NCBI GenBank assembly: GCA_951406725.2 | Contig: OX597821.1 | Coordinates: 38,874,001-38,938,000, forward strand | Length of the DNA: 64,000 nucleotides | Direction: 5' to 3' | DNA from: Octopus vulgaris | Taxonomy: Eukaryota | Part shown: positions 53,007 through 64,000 of the stretch, piece after piece | How the letters are laid out: each line of letters begins with the position of its first letter | How positions within the stretch are numbered: the first letter of the stretch is position 1 | Notes under the pieces: model-generated | What the model was told of the DNA's origin: nothing | Database searches by the model: none | The model's input: the letters and a program-made list of their open reading frames with translations, nothing else | Translations under genes and position numbers: made by a program

Positions 53007-53146
53007 ATATATATATATATATGTATATATATGTCATATTTGTCATGCTTTTACCTGCTTTAATAAGAAAGTATATTACTCTACCTCCAGTAATTGAGGA
53101 CTATTTTTTTCCCACCTTGTTTCACATTTATGTGCTTACTCTAGTA

Positions 53147-53184
<38 letters not shown>

Positions 53185-53282
53185 TAGAAAAAAGAGCTGA
53201 TACAGGAAAAATGATGGTTATGTTATGAACTTAATTAACTTATAGCTGTTTCTGCTATGAGATATATATGTATATATATGTA

Positions 53283-54391
53283 TCATCATCATCATCATCA
53301 TCGTTTAGCGTCCGTTTTCCATGCTAGCATGGGTTGGACGGTTCTACTGGGGTCTGTGAAGCCAGAAGGTTTCATCAGGCCCAGTCAAATCTGGCAGTGT
53401 TTCTACGGCTGGATGCCCTTCCTAACGCCAACCACTCCGTGAGTGTAGTGAGTGCTTTTTACGTGCCACCCGCACAGGTGCCAGACAGAGCTGGCAAAAG
53501 GCCACGAACGGATGGTGCTTTTTATGTGCCACCGGCACGAGGGCCAGGCGAGGCTGGCAACGGACACGAAATGGGGTGGTGCTGGCAACGGTCGCGAAAT
53601 GGAAGGTTCTCTTACATGCCACCGGCACTGGTAACACATCTGCAATTTCCATTGATCGATTTCCATTCTGATCCTCACTTGCCTCAACGGGTCTTCACAA
53701 GTAGAGTTTCGACATGCCACCGGCACTGGTAACACATCTGCAATTTCCATTGATCGATTTCGATTCTGATCCTCACTTGCCTCAACAGGTCTTCACAAGT
53801 AGAGTTTTGTGTCCCAAGAAGGGAAGGTATGCATACGTAGGCTGGCTCCATCCCATGTAGAAGGCCACGGGTTATGGACTCACTTGTCCTGCCGGGTCTT
53901 CTCGTGCACAGCACACTTCCATAGGACTCGGTCTCTAGTCATTTCCTCAGTGAGACCTAAAGTTTGAAGGTCGTGCTTCACCACCTCGTCCCAGGTTTTC
54001 CTGGGTCTGCCTCTTCCACAGGTTCCCTCAACCGCTAGGGTGTGACACTTTTTCACACAACTATCTTCATCCATTCTCGTCACATGACCATACCAGCGCA
54101 AACGTCTCTCTTGCACACCACAACTGATGCTTCTTAGGTCCAGCTTTTCTCTCAAGGTACTTACACTCTGCCGAGTATGAGTACTGACATTACACATCCA
54201 TTGGAGCATACTGGCTTCATTTCTTGCGAGCTTACGCATATCCTCAGCAGTCACGGCCCATGTTTCACTGCCATGTAGCATGGCTGTTCGTACACATGCA
54301 TCATACAGTCTGCCTTTCACTCTGTGCGAGAGGCCTTTTGTCACCAGCAGAGGTAAGAGCTCTCTGAACTTTGCCCAAGCTATTCTAACTC
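53283..54391 (-). mobile_element. young RTE 3' fragment with an open ORF C-terminus
   Basis: 53880-54391 is open: RVRIAWAKFRELLPLL...LHGSETW...RRLRWYGHV...RGRPRKTWDEVV. The UTR carries a 98-bp tandem duplication, and the (CAT)n tail is at 53283. Confidence 0.93.
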
Positions 54392-54393
54392 TA

Positions 54394-54431
<38 letters not shown>

Positions 54432-54434
<3 letters not shown>

Positions 54435-54600
54435 GAGTGGCTGTGTGGTAAGTAGCTTACTTACCAACCACATGGTTCTGGGTTCAGTCCCACTGCATGG
54501 CACCTTGGGCAAGTGTCTTCTACTAAAGCCTCAAGCTGACCAAAGCCATGTGAGTACATTTCGTAGATGGAAACTGAAAGAAGCCCGTCGTATATATATG
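54432..54600 (+). mobile_element. family B SINE, 5' half
   Basis: GGAGTGGCTGTGTGGTAAG...GGTTCAGTCCC...CCTTGGGCAAGTGTC. Confidence 0.8.
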
Positions 54601-54852
54601 TGTGTGTGCATGTATGCATGTGCATATATATGTGTGTGTGTGTGTGTGTGTAAATATATATAGTCACCAGTCATAGGTAGTTCATGGTCAGGAAGACATA
54701 CAAAGATAGAACTCAAAATATGGGTATACATATATATTTTCTATTAATATATAAGTAACAGAATGATAAGTTTGACATGTACTAATGTACAAAACCTTCA
54801 GCCCTTGAGTCACTCTATTGCTTCTACTAAATATTAATAATATATGTATATA

Positions 54853-54925
<73 letters not shown>

Positions 54926-55289
54926 ATTGTACACATACAGTGTGTTCAACAAAGCACTTTTCTTCATTTTGTCACTTGATACATTTATAAAAGTTCTGGA
55001 CTTAATGGAATATTCATAACAAGGTCAGTAAACACTTTGTTGGGAGAAGGCATCAGTTGATTGACAGTCAGATATTGCCTAGTACAGTTTTCTCTACAGG
55101 TTCAATCTTATTCGTTATCTTCATAAATGACATTATGCTGTTAATTAAATGAATGCACAAATGTTTCAATGCTAGCTCTAAGATATTCAAAACTGGATGA
55201 CAATGAGAGCATGGAGGTATTAAAAGATTTTGGTTAACTCAATACTTGATCTAAGTCGTAACACCTCATAATATTCTTATAATTAAAGA

Positions 55290-55615
55290 TCTTATACTTG
55301 GAGAAATTGATGTGGTTGTTCATAGAAATTCCAAGTTCCACAAGTCAACCATTGTTGCAGTCAAGAAAACTAATAATATTATTGGATCAATAAAATGAAC
55401 TTATTTGCAGGTAAATATTTACAGGACTTTAGTGAGATCATACACGAAACATGGTTGGGTCATTTGAGAAGCTCACATCATCAAGAACCAGATGCTGACA
55501 GAAAATATGCAGAAGGGAAAAAACCCCACTAAATTGATTGCAACCTCAAAAGACTAGACATATGAAGCTACACTCAATGTGCTTAATTCACTGATTGACA
55601 GAGAACTGATATATC
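55290..55615 (+). mobile_element. ancient CR1-clade LINE ORF2 C-terminal relic
   Basis: VKKTNNIIGSIK..IYRTLVRS..TENMQK..TKLI..TYEATLNVLN resembles the CR1 KANRMLG..LYKxLVRP..LExVQRRATKLI..SYEERL..L pattern. Confidence 0.6.
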
Positions 55616-55734
55616 ACTTAGGTTTGATAACAGATCCACAAAACAGTCAGTCAGCCTTTAAAAATAAGCTATTTACACACGCACACATTGCATTAGTTTG
55701 TACACATATTTACTCTTTTCCTTTACTCTCTCTC

Positions 55735-56091
55735 TTTTACTATTTTACTTGTTTCAGTCATTTGACTGTGGCCATGCTGGAGCACTGCCTTTAATCGGGC
55801 AAATCGACCCCAGGACTTATTCTTTGTAAGCCCAGTACTTATTCTATTGGTCTCTTTTGCCGAACCGCTAAGTAACGGGGGACATAAACACACCAGCAAT
55901 GCTAGGGGGACAAACACAGACACACAAATATACACGCACATGCATACACACAAACATACACGCACATGCATATATATATACATATATATATATACGAAGG
56001 GCTTCTTTCAGTTTCCGTCTACCAAATCCACTCACAAGGCTTTGGTCGGCCTGAAGCTATAGTAGAAGACACTTGCCCAAGGTGCCACGCA
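55735..56091 (-). mobile_element. family B SINE lacking its head
   Basis: Reverse complement of 33875-34190; it stops abruptly at the junction with an RTE fragment. Confidence 0.82.
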
Positions 56092-56332
56092 GTTCTAGTT
56101 TTCCTCCCTGTAATGTGGAGGAAGTTGTTCTCTGCACATTTTCATTGTTTATTGTTCCTGAGCATCTGCCACATACAAAATCTATCTTCCCAGTTAGCCT
56201 TCCTTTGATTTTACTGCACCTCTTATGTGTCCATAGCTTACACTGGGTACATCTTATAGAGTCTCTACCTACACCTCTACTACAGATCGAGCAGGGCCAT
56301 CTACCTGAAGGGATTTGTGGTTTGTCTTTACT
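56092..56332 (-). mobile_element. internal RTE fragment (PHD-like finger region)
   Basis: The minus strand reads WPCSICSRGVGRDSIRCTQCKLWTHKRCSKIKGRLTGKIDFVCGRCSG...GGKLE. Confidence 0.88.
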
Positions 56333-56659
56333 TTATATATTTATACTTAAGGTCATTGTCTGAAAATCTTCAGTCATTGCTTTCTTTTTGTTTACATGTA
56401 CGCATTTACTTTTTGTGTCATAAACCCAAGATGTTATATTTAATTTGTTTATCTGCATTATTGTCGTAATATCTGCCCACTTAGGTTCCTCTTATAGCCA
56501 CTCTTCACCCTGCAGAACTGGTCCCCCCATAAAGACATTGGTGTCTAAGTTTGAATAATTTGAACACCACAAAGTGTCTTCTATATCAAGAATCTCTGGA
56601 TCTCATCTGCTGCCTCTTTCTCTCACTCTTTCTCTCTCTCACTCTCTCTTTATATATAT

Positions 56660-57050
56660 CATCATCATCGTCATTTAACATCCGCTTTCCATGCTAGCAT
56701 GGATTGGACGATTTGACTGAGGTCTGGCGAACCAGATGGCTGCACCAGACTCCAATCTGATCTGGCAGAGTTTCTATGGCTGGATGGCCTTCCTAATGCC
56801 AACCACTCCGAGAGTGCAGTGGGTCCTTTTATGTGCCACTGGCATGAGGGCCAGTCAGTTGGTACTGGCAACGGCCATGCTCAAATGGTGCTTTTTATGT
56901 GCCACCTGCACAGTAGCCAGTCAAGCAGCACTGGCAACGACCTTGCTTGAATGTTTTTTCACATGCCACCAGCACAAGTGCTAGTAGGCGACACAGGTAA
57001 CGATCACGCTCGAATGGTGTTTTTAATGTGCCATGGGCTCGGCAGCCAGC
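56660..57050 (-). mobile_element. RTE 3' UTR plus tail
   Basis: Reverse complement of the 47966-48319 type. Confidence 0.87.
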
Positions 57051-57097
57051 TTGTTACTCTGACCCTGATCTCACTCATGTGGTTCTCTTTGATGATG

Positions 57098-57149
<52 letters not shown>

Positions 57150-57852
57150 TTGGTGTCATGAAAGCATCTAGTACACACTGTAATGTGGAAGGTGTTATGA
57201 AGGGTATCAAACCATAGAAACCTTACCAAACCTGAGGCATTAGGTCATGGCAAAACCATCGGAGCTGTCAGATTCTTGTCAAATTATCCAGCTCAAGCTG
57301 ACATGAAAAGGACAATATCTATATGTAAATGCATGTGTTTGTGCATGTTTAACTAAATATCTGATCATGATGAAGCTTTTTTGTTTACATTTTATCAATG
57401 CCTACTGCATGCCCTGAGTATGTATGCCTGATGATAGTGTTTATCCCTTGTTTCTGAAGAACTTGATTTCTCCTGGATAGAATGTTGTTACTTGTTTGCA
57501 CAAATGTTGATATACACATGTCTCTACATAATTGAAAACATGAACATAAACACGGTTAAAGAAGTTAGTGAAGGTTTGTTTTCTTCTTTCTAAAACCTGG
57601 TTATATTACTTACTTCTCAGACACAGATTAAATATATAACTTTAAATATTAAGTTGTTTACTGTCATCTTGAATTTCTTACATTCATTTTTCAAGGAATT
57701 ATTAATAAGAAATACATAATGAGTTATTATTAAGCAGCTCATAACTAGAATGGTTTATACGTATGTATTGTTTGTATTGTTATCAGTCGTCGTTTTGAGT
57801 AGCATGTTTTGTTGGCTTTTTATTATTGGGAGTATTTTCGACGTTTGTACAG

Positions 57853-57864
57853 ATACGAGGGAGT
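57853..57864 (+). CDS. candidate 12-nt frame-preserving microexon of an unidentified host gene
   Basis: TTTTCGACGTTTGTACAG|ATACGAGGGAGT|GTAAGT has a canonical acceptor and consensus donor, no stop in any phase, and sits in a repeat-free T-rich region. Confidence 0.4.
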
Positions 57865-58770
57865 GTAAGTATTGTTATTGTACAAGAGAAATTGATGTGT
57901 GTTGCTGGTTACTTGTTTATTGAAGTTGGAAAATACTAAACTGATAAAAGTATCTTACAAGTGCTTACATCAAACTTGTGCTTTTTTTTATTGTTGTTGC
58001 TTTTTGACGAATGTTTTTTTTTTATTTTCCAATTTTGTAATTGTAGTTGTTAGGTAAAGTCTGTGGCATATGAGACAATGCCATTGGACAATTAATGCTT
58101 TGTGATTTGTGTCTTGTCACATGTGCTGCATTTTGTCTGTGGCCAAAGGTACTTTACACTTTCCTTGTTATATCTCTGTTGAAATACATTACATTTTGTT
58201 TGAATTAATTAAAAATAACGAAGACTTCGGTAAAATACTTTTGTCATTATTTAGCCAGCGTTGAGAACATAAATTAATATAAAACTTCGATGGCAGGTTT
58301 TAATTAAATCACTTTCAGACAAGAAGTTTATATCATAGGACTAAAAACAATCTCAGGTGGTTTGTTATCAATTTCAACCATCAGATTTTTAATGTAATAC
58401 ATTACCTATATTTTACATTAGTTAGGAAAATCACAAGAAATTTAAAAAGATATTGTAAAATAATTTATATTTTCTCAGTTTTAGCATATATCAAATTAGA
58501 TTAATTTAAGAAAATGTTCTTAAGAAAACTTTCAAAACAGAAATGGTTTCATATCCAAAAGATTAAATTTCAATGGTCACCTGACTGTAACGAAGACCTA
58601 TTTAATGTCTGTAAGCAACACTGTTGCTATCTGAAGTGTTTATTAGCTTCCAGGGTTTATGTTAACTTTGGTTTCTCTTATGCGTTTAGTTTGAAAAATT
58701 GAGGCTGTAACAAGATTTTTATCTTGGTTGTTTGTATAACCAACCATTTTTATTGTATTAGTAAAACTGA

Positions 58771-58985
58771 AGGCAGCAAGCTGGCAGAATCGTTAATCAT
58801 GCTGGGCAAAATGCTTAGTGCCATTTCATCCAGCCACACATTCTGAGATCAAATTCCACCAGTGTCAACTTTGCCTTCCATCATTTTAGGGTCAATAAAA
58901 TAAATACTAGTTGAGAATTAGGGTTGATGTAATTGACTTTCTCACACCCCAGAAATTGCTGACCTTGTTCCAAAATTTGAAACCA
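58771..58985 (+). mobile_element. family A SINE, diverged
   Basis: GGCAGCAAGCTGGCAGAATCGTTA...GCCTTCCATCATTTTAGGGTCAATAAAATAAATACTAG. Confidence 0.72.
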
Positions 58986-59196
58986 ATATTACTAAGACTG
59001 AATGCCTCAAGAGTAGTTTTACATAATTGCTGGTGCCAAATGTCTAACAATATCATCCAATTTCTTCTAGGTTCTCATCTAATGGCAGAGATGTTTTGTA
59101 AAGTAAAAACATTTTTTTCTCTTAAGAAGAATTTGGAAACATTGTAAGAGTGTGTGTGTGTATCTATATCTATCAATTTATCTGTGTATTTATCTA

Positions 59197-59279
<83 letters not shown>

Positions 59280-59545
59280 ATAAAAGTGATGTCAGTGTAG
59301 CTATGTGGTTGAGAGGTTTGCTTCCCAACCATATGGTTTTCAATTCAATCCCATTGAGTGACACCTTAGGCATATGCTTTCCACTATACCCCTGGGCCAA
59401 CCAAAGCCTTGTGAATGAATGTCTGACTAAATGTGAGAGAAGCCTGTATCTCTCTCTCTCTCTGACACACATACAGTAGTGTGTGTGTGTGTGTTCGTGT
59501 TTGTATGCTTATGTCTCTTGTCTCGACATTTTGTGACAATTTTAA

Positions 59546-59765
59546 CCCTTTCGTTACCAACCCGGCTGAAACTGGCTCTGGCTCTGAGTACAAATGTCTT
59601 GCTTTCATAAGTTTTGAATTAAAATCTTCCACCAAACCTTAGTCACAATTTATGTTCCTAACACTAGCTGAATGATAACAAAATTATTTTGCTAAATTCT
59701 TTGTTATATTTAAAGAAATTGAAAGAAACACAGAGCATCTCAACAGAAATACAGTAACAAAAGAG
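59546..59765 (+). mobile_element. 220-bp piggyBac-like MITE with TTAA TSD
   Basis: TTAA|CCCTTTCGTTAC ... GTAACAAAAGAG|TTAA. Confidence 0.85.
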
Positions 59766-62289
59766 TTAAAGGAGTTCCATTCTCATGCAGATAATGTCAT
59801 TCATTTCCAGTATTCTGCAAGAGAACATGTCTGGCCCAGGGGAAAAAATTTTGACTCTGAGGGAAATATTACATTTGGCTGAAAACTGGTGAGGGTTGGT
59901 GACAGGAAGGGCATCCAACTGTAAAAAATCTGCCTCAGTAAAGTCTGTCCAACCCATTCGAACATGGAAAAATGGAGGTTAAGAATGATGATGATGATGA
60001 TTTGAATGTATTGTAACAAAAAGCAATTATCTCTTCTAGTGAAACATTAAGATGAAAGTAGACATGGTGAGTTGATCAATCTAATGCATGTAGGCCTAAG
60101 GAATAGCGTTAACTTATTGAACCAATCATTGGTAATTATTAGCCATACTGTCATTGTTATTTAGGTTGAAGGCCGACATGTCTCTCTATAGATTGCTAAC
60201 ATTAGAACAGGGTCAAACATTTGAGGGAAGGCAGATCCAATTAAATCACCCTCGTTACTTGATTGATGCTTTATTTTAATGATCCTGGAAAGCTAATGAC
60301 AAAATTGACCTCAACCAGATTCGAACTTGGAATGTGAAGGGTCATGACTAAATACCAAAGCATTTTGCCTACCAATTTACCGATTCCACTAATTCACTGC
60401 TTAAGAGTGTTTATTAGGAATATTGATAAAATTATTTGGGGCTATTCAGCTCCTTGACCAGTGATTGTGAAGAAGCTACATCATTAACTAGACATGCTCT
60501 TTCACTCAAGAAGTTCCTTTCTTCTTTAATTTCATATTCATATCTAAGATGCTTCCCTCTTCAAATTTATGGAAATGCATCTACAAATATCTATCTACTT
60601 TTCTTTTGTAGATTCATCCTGAATGTTCTTATGCAATCAACAGTCACATATTTACCCTTGCAAAATACCACTGCTTATTTTTACATGAGACTTAATGTCA
60701 ATATTGAGGGTGATTTGCTAGTGATGATGAGGTTTAGTTTTATTGCTTTAAGGATCTCAATACATTGAAGGCAGAGGTGTTGGTTACTGAGATGAAATAT
60801 CTTTATAACCTTTATAATATATTTTCTAGCATTTTTATGATCTTTGTAATTGTGATACATTTTATACACTCAATGTAGGCTAATTGCTTTTGAGTGCTGA
60901 GTTCTGAAGTTTATTCTTGAATTGTTCTCTTATTTATGATAAGAGCATGATAGTAATTAATAATTACGGCTTGCTTGATTTCAGTTATTTCCGTGTGAAG
61001 TACTTTCTGTTGCAACTGAAGAATGTTGCTCTGAGAAATGATTTTAAAGTAAAATTTTTCTAAGTAGAATTCATAGGATGGAATCGTTAATTTATTGAGA
61101 GAACAATCAAAAATATCATTCCTGTCAGTTTGTTTTTTTATGAATGAGTTAGAGAGAAAGGTTCAGTGGAAAGATAGAAAAAGTAGGGTGTTGAATCAAA
61201 TAGAATTTTGTTTACTTTGTCTCTCTTCTCAACTCAAATTCAGCAGCACCATGCCGAATTGAACTCAAGTGGCTGTAACTTTTCCCAAAACAAAGATAAA
61301 AATCATAGCATAGTTTTAGAAAGAAACACATTATTCATGTATCATTTTAAGCATATTCTCATTGTTATTTACTTCTTTAGCATTTAAACCACACATCGTA
61401 TATAGCCAAAATATTCTACCATTTTTTATGTTCAAATTTGCCAGATCTGGTCCCTCACACCTACCTATAATGTCATTCCAAAATAAACAATCACATCATT
61501 GAAATCTCAAAGCTATGAGATGATGCATGGTTAATTCAAAACAATGTCAATAAATAAGTGTTCTATTTGACAGAGTAATATGAATGCTAAATGGTTAAGC
61601 ATGGCAAGACTGGCAGAGTTTCTTGTCTTCTCAGAAGAAACTGAATCCAATGATGCTACCGAACACAACACTTTATATGTATTTTACAGTAACCCTGTTG
61701 TTTACACTTATGAAAAATTGACCTTTTAGATAAGTTAACCTAAATTTTACGAAACCGTTAAAAGTTGTCCAGTATATATTGTATTGGTAGTGAGAGATGA
61801 ATAAACTGGAGTTGCTTATCTGTTTCCTTAAGAAAACAAAAGTGTTGCAAACTAAGTGATGCTTAAAGAAGTTGTTAAGAGATAATAGTATAACAGAAGA
61901 GTCCAAGAAAACTAAAGTAAGAATTTATCCTCAAGTAGTGATATGAAGAATTTGAACAGTGGTGTGACATAGATGTAAGAGTGGCTGTGTGGTAAGAAGT
62001 TTGCTTCCAAACCACATGGTTCTGGGTTCAGTCTCAAGTGTCTTCTACTACAGCCTTGGGCCAACCAAAGCCTTTGTGAGTGTATTTGGTAGACAGAAAC
62101 TGAAAGAAGTCTGTTGTATATATATATATGTATGTTTATTTGCTCCAGCATGGCTGCAGTCAAATGACTGAAGCAAGTAAAAGAGAAAAAACAAAAAGAA
62201 AAAAGTGGGATAGATTTATTCCATGAGGAAGAAGAGAAGCTTAACATTTGGGGCTGAAAGTTTGAGGGCGAATATTCATATCCTATTAA

Positions 62290-62509
62290 CCCTTTCGTTA
62301 TTGTATTTCTGTTGAGATGCTCTGTGTTTCTTTCAATTACCTTAAATATAAAAAAGAATTTAGTAAAATAACTTAGTTATCATTCAACTAGTGTTAGGAA
62401 CATAAATAGTGATTAAGGTTTGATGGAAGATTTTAATTCAAAACTTATGAAAACAAGACATTTGTACTCAGAGCCAGAGCCAATTTCAGGTGGGTCGGTA
62501 ACGAAAGGG
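62290..62509 (-). mobile_element. 220-bp piggyBac-like MITE, inverted relative to 59546-59765
   Basis: TTAA|CCCTTTCGTTA ... GGTAACGAAAGGG; high-identity reverse complement of the 59546 copy. Confidence 0.85.
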
Positions 62510-64000
62510 TATTTTTGTTTACATCTAAATGCCATTTACTTGAAAATTTGTTTATTAATAGTATACCTTTTCTTATCTGAACTAGTGCTCCCACTGCCTA
62601 TATTTATGAGCCATACCAATTTACTGTGTCTACAGCTTGGTAAGCTCTGACTCCAAAAATTGTCTTCAATAACACACACAAAAAAGAGAAACTGCTGACC
62701 TCTTTACAAATTGCCTGGAACCCTATTAGCTGAACCCTTTGTTGGTTGACATAAGGATGTTAAACAGATTCAGCAGAAAATACAGCTATTAATTTACTTC
62801 TTATTCAATTTTCAACTGTCAGACACTTTCTGTCAATGAAATCTGGGATATTTTTTTGGCAATAGGGTTTTAATTTATTTATTATTATTACGTTTTTGTT
62901 CCCTATGAATGTGTTTTGGAAGGCAGCACGTGAAGAATTTATATCTGTACCTAGGCTCCTGTCATTACAAAAATCTATAACATTATGGATGGGCGTCTGA
63001 GCTGAACAAAGGCCACTTCAGTAAGAATCTATTAGAATAGCTGTTTATAATTCTGTATATGTTAGATATCTGAGCAAGTGTGAACTGACTGACTGAGTAA
63101 GGTATTAAGATTGTCAGTTCATATCCATTGTAAACATTTTATTGTGTATATCTACAGGCTGTTCTATTTTATGTTGCCTCACCACACCACTCTTTTCTGA
63201 AAGAGTCACTGAGAGTAGACTAGTTTCATTCTACTGGGTTTCAAGTTCAAACCTTCTTGGGATCAATAAAATTAATACTAGAATGAAATCAATAAATAAT
63301 AATAATAATAATGATGATGATGATGATGATAACTGTCTCCTATAAATGTGTGACATTATGTCAAAGCAAGAATTTATTGTATAGTGAAAGGGATTTATGA
63401 ATGTTGTAAAGTTCTTACTGCAATATCAATAAATATCAGCCTTATCACATGATCACAGTGAACAAAAGATGTATCAATAATAAATAAATAAATAAAAGTT
63501 AAAACACAGGGGACATGTCAGAGGGAAATGATCCCCACTATTAAAATTTTAGTATTTTCCACACCTTTTAGTTAAATTATATAAAAGTTAAATGGGAAAA
63601 CCCTTTGAAAAATTTTTCAACTTTCATCAATAGTTTTCTATAGAAAGTGTAATTCTTAATTCAGAATATTTCCAAATGTTGAAAATAAGAATAAAAAAAA
63701 AACAAAAAAACGTGAACCAAAATGCAGTTACGAAAAAGGATAAGAAATAAATAATAGCAACACAATAATACACAAACCCCTTATTTTTTTTTTTCTTAAA
63801 GAAATGATTTAATGTTCTACTAAGGAGGCTCTTTTCAAAAGATCACTTTCTTCAGAACAGGCTTTCTTCTTTGTCTTTCTTTTTATGGACAATTTTTTCA
63901 AACAGTAACTCGACTACTATATTCTTTGGTTACCTTTGATAGTGGAAAAATATCTTATGATAATTGCTTCAATGTTTAAAAATGAGGCAGCATATGCTGC

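Larger units (their letters stand above)
50850..53263. repeat. ~205-225 bp inverted repeat pair (50850-51054 / 53039-53263)
   Basis: The two arms are high-identity reverse complements. Confidence 0.85.

Noticed and set aside
36039-55126. Isolated strong plus-strand acceptors followed by short stop-terminated peptides (36039, 42069, 52362, 55100)
   Set aside because: There is no recognisable homology or convincing donor; such sites are expected by chance in T-rich DNA.

Overview
This is AT-rich eukaryotic DNA packed with microsatellites and transposon relics. The repeat landscape suggests an octopod cephalopod (Octopus-like); that is an inference from the (GAT)n-tailed RTE LINEs, tRNA-derived CORE-like and Meta-like SINEs and the dense (TA)n/(TATG)n arrays. 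I can support no intact multi-exon host gene, so the window looks intergenic or like part of a very large intron. Most ORFs in the track are microsatellite or repeat artefacts. Recognisable elements are a frameshifted hAT transposase (146-2345, -), a HERO-like RLE LINE 3' end, a pogo/Tigger relic, a Penelope RT/GIY-YIG fragment, many RTE copies (longest 21070-23383, with a PHD-like finger), a Tc1 element with long TIRs and DD37E spacing (26532-28177), a non-autonomous Helitron, TTAA MITEs and a CR1 relic. Four items stand out. (1) A 313-bp, TSD-flanked element joins a tRNA-type Pol III head, a minimal hammerhead ribozyme motif and a Penelope-style inverted end (47437-47749). (2) RTE 3' UTRs carry tandem H-type pseudoknot-compatible motifs. 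(3) A processed CMC4/p8-MTCP1 retrocopy at 40367-40531 is missed by the ORF track. (4) A candidate 12-nt microexon lies at 57853-57864. There are also several long inverted repeats that could form dsRNA. Boundaries of degenerate repeats are approximate (read by eye).
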